Shown here: piece by piece, positions 15,271-25,409 of the stretch
Layout of the letters: each line of letters begins with the position of its first letter
How positions within the stretch are numbered: the stretch's first letter is position 1
Assembly (NCBI RefSeq): GCF_053078305.1
Contig: NZ_CP166879.1
Strand: one strand, 5' to 3'
Length of the DNA stretch: 64,000 nucleotides
Notes under the pieces: generated by a model
Databases searched by the model: none
What the model saw: only the letters and a program-made list of their open reading frames with translations
Told to the model about the DNA's origin: nothing
Program-made: the position numbers and the translations under genes

Positions 15271-15350
15271 TACGACACGTTTCATTAAGATTTTTCGCAG
15301 GTAACCACCTATAGTCATTGTCGTTAATAAAAAATGACAGGCGATAGGGT

Positions 15351-16001
15351 ATGGCAGTTTCAGCAAAGCACGACGAATTTAATCACTGGTGGGCAACAGA
15401 GGGCGACTGGGTTGAAGAGCCTAACTATCGCCGTAATGGTATGAGCGGGGTGCAATGCGTCGAGCGCAACGGCAAAAAGCTATATGTAAAGCGCATGACG
15501 CATCATCTGTTTCATTCCGTACGTTATCCTTTCGGCCGACCAACGATTGTCCGTGAGGTTGCGGTAATTAAAGAACTGGAACGGGCCGGTGTCATCGTGC
15601 CGAAGATCGTTTTTGGTGAAGCGGTGAAAATTGAGGGTGAATGGCGAGCGTTGCTGGTGACTGAAGATATGGCGGGGTTCATCAGCATTGCTGACTGGTA
15701 TGCCCAGCATGCAGTATCGCCTTATTCTGACGAAGTACGGCAAGCCATGTTGAAAGCAGTGGCGCTGGCGTTTAAGAAAATGCATAGCATTAATCGTCAG
15801 CATGGCTGTTGTTATGTTCGCCATATCTATGTGAAAACAGAAGGTAAGGCAGAAGCTGGTTTTCTTGACCTGGAGAAAAGTCGTCGCCGCTTGCGTCGCC
15901 ATAAAGCGATCAATCATGACTTCCGCCAGCTGGAAAAATATCTGGAGCCAATTCCCAAAGCGGACTGGGAGCAGGTAAAAGCGTATTACTACGCCATGTA
16001 A
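15351..16001 (+). CDS. inaA: InaA (Kdo/WaaP-like lipopolysaccharide kinase family protein)
   Basis: 216 aa, recognised as E. coli InaA. K-12 synteny next to yfaE-nrdB. Confidence 0.9.
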   Translation: MAVSAKHDEFNHWWATEGDWVEEPNYRRNGMSGVQCVERNGKKLYVKRMTHHLFHSVRYPFGRPTIVREVAVIKELERAGVIVPKIVFGEAVKIEGEWRALLVTEDMAGFISIADWYAQHAVSPYSDEVRQAMLKAVALAFKKMHSINRQHGCCYVRHIYVKTEGKAEAGFLDLEKSRRRLRRHKAINHDFRQLEKYLEPIPKADWEQVKAYYYAM

Positions 16002-16004
16002 TCG

Positions 16005-16046
16005 TTGTAGGCCAGATAAGACGCATAAGCGTCGTATCTGGCACTA
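16005..16046. repeat. REP element
   Basis: gtaggccagataagacgcataagcgtcgtatctggcac palindromic unit. Confidence 0.7.
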
Positions 16047-16054
16047 CAACCAAT

Positions 16055-16309
16055 TCACATCTCGATTTCAATATCGCCTTTTGCCCGGCAACAACAGGGC
16101 AAAATTTCCCCCGGCTGAATAAAGGCTAACGGTTCGGCAATCCAGTCCACCTGACCTGCGACCAGTCGGGTGCGACAGGAGCCGCAGTAACCTTCGCGGC
16201 ACTGGTACTCAACCGCCACATTGTGGGATTCCAGCGCCGCCAGAAGGGAAGGGTGTTCATCCTGGCACAGCAGTTGTGTGCCAGTGATGCGCAGGGTAAC
16301 GCGAGCCAT
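16055..16309 (-). CDS. yfaE: 2Fe-2S ferredoxin YfaE (NrdB diferric-tyrosyl cofactor maintenance)
   Basis: 84 aa with a CxxxxCxxC...C cluster motif (CREGYCGSCRT ... CCC). The start overlaps the nrdB stop. Confidence 0.9.
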   Translation of the reverse strand: MARVTLRITGTQLLCQDEHPSLLAALESHNVAVEYQCREGYCGSCRTRLVAGQVDWIAEPLAFIQPGEILPCCCRAKGDIEIEM

Positions 16310-17439
16310 CAGAGCTGGAAGTTACTCAAATCGTCGGTGTCCACTTCCGAGTCAATCTGCCCGACCAGATAAGAACTGACTTCCACTTCCTGCGGAGCAA
16401 CCTGCACGTTATCAGACACCAGCCAGGTGTTGATCCACGGGATCGGGTTGGAGCGCGTCTGGAACGGCAGATCCAAACCGACTGCCTGCATGCGGATATT
16501 GGTGATGTATTCAACGTACTGGCAGAGAATGTCTTTATTCAGACCAATCATCGAACCGTCACGGAACAGATAATCCGCCCAGTCTTTCTCTTGCTGTGCC
16601 GCCTGGACAAACAGGTCATAGCACTCCTGCTTACATTCTTCGGCAATTTCCGCCATCTCCGGATCATCCGCACCGCTGCGCAGCAGATTCAGCATATGCT
16701 GAGTACCGGTCAGGTGCAGGGCTTCGTCGCGGGCAATCAGGCGAATAATTTTGGCGTTACCTTCCATCAGTTCGCGTTCTGCAAAGGCAAAGGAACAAGC
16801 AAAGCTGACGTAGAAGCGGATCGCTTCCAGCGCGTTAACGCTCATCAGGCAGAGATACAGTTTTTTCTTCAGCTCGCGCAGGCTAACGGTCACGGTTTTA
16901 CCGTTAACAGTGTGGGTGCCTTCGCCCAGCAGGTGCCAGTAGCTGGTCATTTCGATCAGCTCATCGTAGTAGCTGGAGATCCCTTCCGCACGTTTCTGGA
17001 TCTGCTCGTTGGTGACGATATCGTCAAACACAACAGACGGATCGTTAACGATATTACGAATGATATGAGTATAGGAACGGGAATGAATCGTTTCTGAGAA
17101 CGCCCAGGTTTCTACCCAGGTTTCCAGTTCCGGAATAGAAATAAGCGGCAATAGCGCCACGTTCGGGCTACGACCCTGAATGGAGTCCAGCAGCGTCTGA
17201 TATTTCAGGTTGCTGATAAAGATGTGTTTTTCGTGTTCAGGCAGCGCCTGGTAATCGATACGGTCACGAGAAACGTCAACTTCTTCCGGACGCCAGAAGA
17301 AAGAGAGCTGCTTTTCGATCAGCTTTTCGAAGATGTCATATTTTTGCTGATCGTAGCGAGCCACGTTGACCGGCTGACCAAAAAACATCGGTTCTTTGAG
17401 CTGATCATTTTTCGTCTGTGAAAAGGTGGTATATGCCAT
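16309..17439 (-). CDS. nrdB: Class Ia ribonucleotide reductase beta subunit
   Basis: ORF 16309..17670. The true start is ATG 17439 ([21 protein letters not shown]), giving 376 aa. The upstream part of the ORF is a translation of REP elements. Confidence 0.95.
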
Positions 17440-17462
17440 GAGTGTGTCCTGTTGGGAGTTTA

Positions 17463-17665
<203 letters not shown>

Positions 17666-17672
17666 CTCAATA

Positions 17673-19958
17673 TCAGATCTTACATGCGCCGCTTTCGCAG
17701 CCATCGTCCTGGATTGACGGCACCAGATCGTCCTGCGCGTCTTCAGCGCCGTCACGGGTGTTCTGATAATACAGCGTTTTGACCCCGAATTTGTAGGCGG
17801 TGAGCAGGTCTTTCAGCAATTGCTGCATCGGCACTTTTCCTGACGGGAAGCGTGACGGATCGTAGTTGGTGTTAGCAGAGATCGACTGATCGATAAATTT
17901 CTGCATGATACCCACCAGTTGCAGGTAGCCATCGTTACCCGGCATTTCCCACAGCAGCTCATAGGCGTCGTGCAGATGCTCGTAGTCCGGCACCACCTGG
18001 CGCAGAATACCGTCTTTCGACGCTTTGATGCTGACGTAACCGCGCGGCGGTTCAATACCGTTAGTGGCGTTAGAGATCTGTGAAGAAGTCTCGGACGGCA
18101 TCAGGGCAGAAAGCGTGGAGTTACGCAGACCGTGCGTTTTGATCGATTCACGCAGTGCTTCCCAGTCGTAATGCAGCGGCTCATTAGCGATGGTATCCAG
18201 ATCTTTCTTATAGGTATCGATCGGCAGGATCCCTTTCGCGTAAGTGGTTTCGTTAAACCACGGGCACGCGCCTTGCTCTTTCGCCAGCTCATTAGACGCT
18301 TTCAGCAGGTAATACTGAATCGCTTCGAAGGTTTTATGCGTCAGGTTGTTGGCGCTGCCGTCGGAGTAGCGTTTACCATGCTTCGCCAGGTAGTAAGCGA
18401 AGTTGATCACACCAATACCCAGCGTACGACGACCCATCGCTCCACGTTTGGCGGCCGGGATCGGGTAATCCTGATAATCCAGCAGCGCGTCAAGTGCACG
18501 AACCGCCAGAATTGCCAGCTCTTCCAGTTCATCCAGGCTATTAATTGCGCCCAGGTTGAAAGCAGACAGCGTACACAGCGCGATTTCACCGTTCTCGTCG
18601 TTGACGTCGTTCAGCGGTTTGGTCGGCAGGGCTATCTCCAGGCACAGGTTAGATTGACGCACTGGCGCGATGGCCGGATCAAACGGGCTATGGGTATTGC
18701 AGTGGTCAACGTTCTGAATATAGATACGACCGGTAGACGCACGTTCCTGCATCATCAGCGAGAACAGCTCAACGGCTTTCACACGCTGCTTGCGGATGCT
18801 GTCGTCTTTCTCATATTTGGTATACAGGCGTTCAAACTCTTCCTGATCGGCGAAGAATGCGTCGTACAGCCCCGGTACGTCGGACGGGCTGAACAGGGTG
18901 ATATCTTCACCTTTCAGCAGGCGGGTATACATCAGTTTGTTGATCTGTACCCCGTAGTCCATATGGCGCACGCGGTTGCCTTCCACACCACGGTTGTTTT
19001 TCAACACCAGTAGGCTTTCCACTTCCAGATGCCACATCGGGTAGAACAGCGTTGCCGCACCGCCGCGCACGCCGCCCTGGGAGCAGGATTTCACCGCAGT
19101 CTGGAAATGTTTGTAGAACGGAATGCAGCCGGTATGGAACGCTTCGCCACCGCGAATCGGGCTACCCAGCGCACGAATACGCCCGGCGTTGATGCCGATC
19201 CCGGCACGCTGGGAAACATATTTCACAATCGCGCTGGAGGTGGCGTTGATGGAATCCAGGCTGTCGCCGCACTCGATCAGTACGCAGGAGCTGAACTGAC
19301 GAGTCGGGGTACGCACGCCGGACATGATTGGCGTCGGCAGCGAAATTTTAAATGTGGAAACCGCGTCGTAAAAACGCTTCACATATTGCAGGCGCGTTTC
19401 ACGCGGGTAGTTCGAGAACAGGCACGCGGCAACCAGAATATAAAGGAACTGGGCGCTTTCGTAGATTTCGCCGGTCACGCGGTTCTGTACCAGATATTTG
19501 CCTTCCAGCTGCTTAACGGCAGCATAAGAGAAGGTCATATCACGGTCGTGATCGATAAACGTGTCCATCTGCTTGAACTCTTCTTCCGTGTAGTCTTCCA
19601 GCAGATGATTATCGTATTTGCCCATCTCGACCATTTTCACCACGTGGTCGTACAGCGCAGGCGGCTCAAACTGGCCGTAGGCTTTTTTACGCAGGTGGAA
19701 GATCGCCAGGCGCGCGGCGAGATACTGATAATCCGGCGCATCACGGGAGATCAGGTCTGCGGCAGCCTTGATAATAGTTTCGTGGATGTCAGAGGTCTTG
19801 ATACCGTCATAAAACTGAATGTGGGAGCGCAGTTCGACCTGGGAAATCGAAACGTTATGCAGTCCTTCTGCCGCCCAATCCAGAACGCGATGGATTTTGT
19901 CGAGATTGATGCGCTCTGTGCTACCGTCGCGCTTTGTCACCAGCAGATTCTGATTCAT
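17673..19958 (-). CDS. nrdA: Class Ia ribonucleotide reductase alpha subunit
   Basis: 761 aa, recognised as NrdA, with the C-terminal CESGACKI redox tail. Confidence 0.97.
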
Positions 19959-20045
19959 GTATGTCGTACCTGTTTTTGGAATTCTTTCCGCAATAGTTTC
20001 GTGCAGACTACCTGTAGTACGGGAAGCTGCTTAGAACACTATATA

Positions 20046-20120
20046 TAGGGGGTATGTTTGGGATTCACTGCAAGATAGTGTGAAAATGGCCCTCTTGCAA
20101 GTGCATAACTTTGTGGATAA
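20046..20120 (-). promoter_or_regulatory. nrdAB promoter-proximal control elements: two NrdR-box-like palindromes and a DnaA box
   Basis: ACACTATATATAGGGG at 20046-20061 and CACTGCAAGATAGTGT at about 20076-20091, with centres about 31 bp apart. A perfect TTATCCACA (minus strand) lies at 20112-20120. Confidence 0.55.
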
Positions 20121-20653
20121 CTCAGGAAGGAAAAAGTGGCTTTCGCGCACCTTAGGTCAGACAAGGTGTCCGGGAAAGTCAATGGGAAGAGAAAAATTTG
20201 TTAAAAATAACTGTTCGGCGATTTCTTGAACGGCAGAATAGGTTGGATAAATTGATATAGATGGTTTATTAATCTTTTTGCTAATGATTGCAAAAATTGA
20301 TCTAAGCACGAGTCATCACATAATCTGATGTATCAGTTGTGGTCAATATATAAGCGAATGTAAGCGATTGTTGATGTCGAAATGGTTGTTTTCTATTCGG
20401 TTATTGTTAAATGCGAAGCCATTTTGTTAATTTACCTTATGTTATAAGAAAATTATTCATTACTTTAATTTAGTTTAAATATAACTGGTATCCCTTAAGG
20501 TTATTAACTTGAATTATGACGCACTGATACTATTCATTAAATAATAACAAAATAGCTATTGCATCGGGTTGGACAATTTACAAAAGAAAGATAACCCATA
20601 TTGTATAATGCGTTTAAATATGCCGTCTTATATAAAATGATGGTCAGATTAAT

Positions 20654-23600
20654 ATGCGGATTATCTTTCTACGCAAGGAGTATTTATCTCTACTCCCGTC
20701 AATGATTGCATCTCTTTTCTCTGCTAACGGTGTCGCGGCGGCCATTGATTCATGCCAGGGATATGATATCAAAGCGAGTTGTCACGCCAGCAGGCAAAGC
20801 CTTTCAGGCATTACGCAGGTCTGGAGTATCGCCGATGGGCAATGGCTGGTTTTTTCGGATATGACCAATAATGCCAGCGGTGGGGCCGTATTTTTGCAAC
20901 AAGGAGCGGAATTTACATTATCACCAGAAAATGAAACTGGAATGACTCTGTTTGCCAATAACACCGTTTCAGGAGAATATAATAACGGCGGGGCAATATT
21001 TGCTAAAGAAAACTCAACGCTGAATCTTACGGATGTTATTTTTTCTGGTAACGTCGCAGGCGGCTATGGTGGCGCAATCTATTCTTCTGGTACTAACGAT
21101 ACCGGTGCCATCGATTTACGTGTCACTAACGCCGTGTTTCGCAATAACATCGCTAATGACGGCAAAGGTGGTGCAATTTATACCATCAATAATGATATCT
21201 ATTTAAGTGATGATGTTTTTAACAATAACCAGGCATATACATCAACAAGTTACAGTGATGGCGATGGCGGCGCAATCGATGTCACAGATAATAATAGCGA
21301 CAGCAAGCATCCTTCAGGTTATACGATAATAAATAACACCGCATTTACAAATAACACTGCCGAAGGTTATGGCGGGGCGATTTATACCAATAGTGTGACG
21401 GCTCCCTATCTTATTGATATTTCAGTTGATGACAGCTACAGCCAGAACGGCGGCGTGTTAGTCGATGAGAACAATAGCGCAGCAGGCTATGGAGATGGTC
21501 CTTCCTCTGCGGCGGGTGGCTTTATGTATCTCGGCTTAAGTGAAGTTACATTTGATATTGCCGACGGAAAAACGCTGGTTATTGGCAATACAGAGAATGA
21601 CGGAGCTGTTGACTCTATTGCTGGTACCGGGGTAATCACCAAAACAGGTTCCGGCGATCTGGTACTTAATGCAGATAACAATGACTTTACTGGTGAGATG
21701 CAGATTGAAAACGGTGAAGTTACCCTGGGCCGCAGCAACTCCCTGATGAATGTCGGCGATACGCATTGCCAGGACGATCCGCAAGACTGCTACGGTCTGA
21801 CGATAGGGAGTATTGATAAGTACCAGAATCAGGCAGAGCTAAATGTTGGCTCCACCCAACAAACCTTTGTGCACTCATTGACGGGCTTTCAGAATGGCAC
21901 TTTAAATATCGATGCTGGTGGCAATGTTACTGTTAATCAAGGCAGTTTTGCTGGCACCATCGAAGGTGCTGGTCAGCTCACCATTGCGCAAAACGGCAGC
22001 TATGTGATGGCGGGGGCGCAGTCGATGGCGCTAACCGGCGATATAGTGGTGGATGCTGGTGCGGTGCTTTCGCTGGAAGGCGACGCGGCAGATCTTGCCG
22101 CTCTCCAGGACGATCCGCAGTCGATCGTGTTAAACGGCGGTGTGCTCGATCTCTCTGATTTCTCCACCTGGCAGAGCGGTACATCATACAAAGATGGCCT
22201 TGAAGTCAGTGGCAGCAGCGGAACGGTTATCGGCAGTCAGGATGTGGTAGATCTTGCAGGCGGAAACGATATGCATATCGGCGGCGACGGGAAAGATGGC
22301 GTCTACGTGGTGATCGATGCGGGTGACGGGCAGGTCAGCCTGGCAAATGACAATCAATACCTCGGCACAACGCAAATCGCTTCCGGTACGCTGATGGTGA
22401 GCGACAACTCGCAGCTTGGAGATACCCATTATAACCGCCAGGTTATCTTTACCGATAAGCAACAAGAAAGCGTGATGGAGATTACTGCCAATGTCGATAC
22501 TCGCTCTACAACGACTGAGCATGGGCGTGATATTGAAATGCGCGCCGACGGTGAAGTGGCAGTTGATGCGGGGGTAGACACGCAGTGGGGCGCACTGATG
22601 GCTGACAGCAGCGGGCAGCATCAGGATGAGGGTAGCACATTGACGAAAACGGGGGCGGGTACGCTGGAGCTGACCGCCAGCGGTACAACGCAGTCGGCAG
22701 TACGTGTCGAAGAAGGCACCCTGAAAGGCGATGTTGCGGATATCTTTCCTTATGCTTCGTCACTGTGGGTCGGTGATGGGGCGACGTTCGTTAGTGGCGC
22801 GGATCAGGATATTCAGTCAATTGATGCTACTTCCAGCGGCACTATCGACATTAGCGATGGTACGGTTTTGCGCCTGACCGGGCAGGATACTTCCGTCGCC
22901 CTTAATGCCTCACTGTTTAACGGCGATGGGACGCTGGTGAATGCCACCGATGGCGTGACGCTGACAGGCGAGCTTAATACCAGCCTTGAAACTGACAGCC
23001 TGACTTATCTTGCCGACGTGACGGTTAATGGCAATCTGACCAATACGTCCGGTGCGGTTAGCCTGCAAAATGGCGTCGCTGGCGATACGCTGACGGTAAA
23101 CGGTGATTACACCGGCGGCGGTACGTTACTGTTCGACAGCGAATTAAACGGCGATGACTCAGCAAGCGACCAGTTGGTGTTGAACGGTAATACTGCTGGC
23201 AACACAACTGTGGTGGTTAACTCCATTACAGGGATTGGCGAGCCGACCCCAACGGGTATTAAAGTGGTTGATTTCGCAGCTGATCCCACGCAGTTTCAAA
23301 ACAATGCGCAGTTCAGTCTGGCAGGCAGCGGCTATGTCAATATGGGAGCGTATGACTACACGCTGGTGGAAGATAACAACGACTGGTATCTGCGATCGCA
23401 AGAAGTAACGCCGCCATCGCCACCTGATCCAGACCCGACTCCCGATCCCACGCCGGATCCTGATCCAACACCCGACCCGGAACCTACGCCTGCTTACCAG
23501 CCGGTGCTGAATGCCAAAGTTGGCGGTTATCTCAATAACCTGCGGGCGGCAAATCAGGCGTTTGTGATGGAGCGACGCGATCACGCAGGTGGCGATGGTC

Positions 23601-24400
23601 AGACGCTGAATTTACGTGTTATCGGTGGAGATTATCATTACACAGCAGCGGGGCAACTGGCTCAGCATGAAGACGCTTCTACGGTGCAGCTTAGCGGCGA
23701 CTTGTTTAGCGGGCGCTGGGGCACGGATGGCGAGTGGATGCTTGGGGCGGTTGGTGGCTACAGTGATAATCAGGGCGACAGCCGCTCTAATATGACCGGA
23801 ACTCGCGCCGATAACCAGAACCACGGTTATGGCGTTGGGTTGACCTCAAGCTGGTTTCAGCACGGTAACCAGAAGCAGGGGGCCTGGCTGGATAGCTGGC
23901 TGCAGTATGCGTGGTTTAACAATGATGTTTCCGAACATGGCGATGGCGCGGATCATTACCACTCGTCGGGGATTATCGCCTCGCTGGAAGCGGGGTATCA
24001 GTGGTTACCGGGGCGTGGTGTGGTGATTGAACCGCAGGCGCAGGTGATTTATCAGGGCGTGCAGCAGGATGATTTTACCGCCGCTAACCGTGCGCGCGTG
24101 TCACAATCGCAGGGTGATGATATTCAGACGCGGCTGGGTTTACACAGCGAATGGCGTACCGCTGTTCATGTCATACCAACATTAGATCTGAATTATTATC
24201 ACGATCCCCATTCGACGGAAATTGAAGAGGATGGCAGCACTATCAGTGACGATGCGGTGAAGCAACGGGGTGAAATAAAAGTGGGAGTCACGGGCAATAT
24301 CAGTCAGCGAGTGTCCCTGCGCGGCAGCGTGGCGTGGCAGAAAGGGAGTGATGATTTTGCCCAGACGGCAGGGTTTTTGTCGATGACGGTGAAATGGTAA
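20654..24400 (+). CDS. yfaL: Autotransporter adhesin YfaL (type Va)
   Basis: 1248 aa. It has a signal sequence, GGAIY-type passenger repeats, a Pro/Thr/Asp linker (PPSPPDPDPTPDPTPDPDPTPDPEPTP, about 23410-23490), and a C-terminal beta-barrel ending in W. Confidence 0.9.
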   Translation: MRIIFLRKEYLSLLPSMIASLFSANGVAAAIDSCQGYDIKASCHASRQSLSGITQVWSIADGQWLVFSDMTNNASGGAVFLQQGAEFTLSPENETGMTLFANNTVSGEYNNGGAIFAKENSTLNLTDVIFSGNVAGGYGGAIYSSGTNDTGAIDLRVTNAVFRNNIANDGKGGAIYTINNDIYLSDDVFNNNQAYTSTSYSDGDGGAIDVTDNNSDSKHPSGYTIINNTAFTNNTAEGYGGAIYTNSVTAPYLIDISVDDSYSQNGGVLVDENNSAAGYGDGPSSAAGGFMYLGLSEVTFDIADGKTLVIGNTENDGAVDSIAGTGVITKTGSGDLVLNADNNDFTGEMQIENGEVTLGRSNSLMNVGDTHCQDDPQDCYGLTIGSIDKYQNQAELNVGSTQQTFVHSLTGFQNGTLNIDAGGNVTVNQGSFAGTIEGAGQLTIAQNGSYVMAGAQSMALTGDIVVDAGAVLSLEGDAADLAALQDDPQSIVLNGGVLDLSDFSTWQSGTSYKDGLEVSGSSGTVIGSQDVVDLAGGNDMHIGGDGKDGVYVVIDAGDGQVSLANDNQYLGTTQIASGTLMVSDNSQLGDTHYNRQVIFTDKQQESVMEITANVDTRSTTTEHGRDIEMRADGEVAVDAGVDTQWGALMADSSGQHQDEGSTLTKTGAGTLELTASGTTQSAVRVEEGTLKGDVADIFPYASSLWVGDGATFVSGADQDIQSIDATSSGTIDISDGTVLRLTGQDTSVALNASLFNGDGTLVNATDGVTLTGELNTSLETDSLTYLADVTVNGNLTNTSGAVSLQNGVAGDTLTVNGDYTGGGTLLFDSELNGDDSASDQLVLNGNTAGNTTVVVNSITGIGEPTPTGIKVVDFAADPTQFQNNAQFSLAGSGYVNMGAYDYTLVEDNNDWYLRSQEVTPPSPPDPDPTPDPTPDPDPTPDPEPTPAYQPVLNAKVGGYLNNLRAANQAFVMERRDHAGGDGQTLNLRVIGGDYHYTAAGQLAQHEDASTVQLSGDLFSGRWGTDGEWMLGAVGGYSDNQGDSRSNMTGTRADNQNHGYGVGLTSSWFQHGNQKQGAWLDSWLQYAWFNNDVSEHGDGADHYHSSGIIASLEAGYQWLPGRGVVIEPQAQVIYQGVQQDDFTAANRARVSQSQGDDIQTRLGLHSEWRTAVHVIPTLDLNYYHDPHSTEIEEDGSTISDDAVKQRGEIKVGVTGNISQRVSLRGSVAWQKGSDDFAQTAGFLSMTVKW

Positions 24401-24419
24401 TCGCTGTCTGACCATCACT

Positions 24420-24530
24420 ATTGCCGGATGCGGCGTAAACGCCTTATCTGGCCTACGGAGAGCATTTGTAGGCCTGATAAGACGCGGCAAGCGTCGCATC
24501 AGGCATTGGCGCGGTTGCCGGATGAATCCA
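24420..24530. repeat. REP/BIME elements between yfaL and ubiG
   Basis: gccggatgcggcgtaaacgccttatctggcctac and gtaggcctgataagacgcggcaagcgtcgcatcaggca units. Confidence 0.75.
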
Positions 24531-24540
24531 AACAACAACC

Positions 24541-25263
24541 TCACTTATTCTGCGTGTGCAGCATATAGTTCACATCCACGCCGGGGCCGAGTTTAAAAGT
24601 ATTAGTGATCGGGTTGTAATGTAGCCCGGTTATATGTCGCTCTTTAAGGCTTGTCTGATCTACCCAGCCAAGCAGCTCTGCCGGTTTAATAAACTTCTTC
24701 ACATCATGCGTGCCTTTGGGCACCATGCGCAAAATATATTCCGCGCCAACCACCGCCATCAGCCATGACTTGCCGTTGCGGTTAAGCGTCGAGAAAAAGA
24801 CATCGCCGCCTGGTTTCACCAGTTGCGCACAGGCTCTCACCACTGACTGCGGATCGGGAACGTGCTCCAGCATCTCCATGCAGGTCACCACATCATACTG
24901 CCCGGCATGTTTTGCCGCGTGCTCTTCCACGGTTTCCTGCACGTAATCCACCTGAATGCCGCTTTCCAGCGCGTGCAGTTTTGCCACCTGCAATGGCTCA
25001 AAGCCCATATCCAGACCGGTCACCGTCGCACCTTCGCGCGCCATACTCTCGGCCAGAATGCCGCCGCCACAACCGACATCGAGCACCTTTTTGCCGAATA
25101 AACCGCCAGCACGCTCGGCAATATAGCCCAGACGCAGCGGGTTAATGCGGTGCAGCGGTTTGAACTCACCTTCCAGATCCCACCAGCGGGAGGCGACGGC
25201 TTCAAATTTAGCGATCTCTTCGTGGTCTACGTTATGGTTTACCGGCGATTTTTCGGCATTCAT
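24541..25263 (-). CDS. ubiG: Ubiquinone biosynthesis O-methyltransferase
   Basis: ORF 24541..25311. I prefer Met at 25263 ([13 protein letters not shown]), giving 240 aa. SAM motif VLDVGCGGG. Confidence 0.93.
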
Positions 25264-25409
25264 TGGCACTTCTACTCCGTAATTGGCAAGACAAACGAGT
25301 ATATCAGGCATTGGATGTGAATAAAGCGTATAGGTTTACCTCAAACTGCGCGGCTGTGTTATAATTTGCGACCTTTGAATCCGGGATACAGTAGAGGGAT
25401 AGCGGTTAG

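Noticed and set aside
18132-20048. Long antisense ORFs inside nrdA (18132..19013, 19029..20048), inside gyrA (25572..26543, 26556..27176), and many similar ones inside glpA, yfaS and yfaL
   Set aside because: These are shadow ORFs opposite highly expressed, codon-biased genes. They have no SD and low-complexity Arg/His-rich products, and they overlap confidently identified genes.
20130-20653. A ~520-bp very AT-rich stretch upstream of yfaL, considered as a possible insertion or hidden small gene
   Set aside because: There is no ORF with an SD and there are no repeats or IS ends. A long AT-rich regulatory region between the divergent nrdA and yfaL genes is what I expect at this locus.
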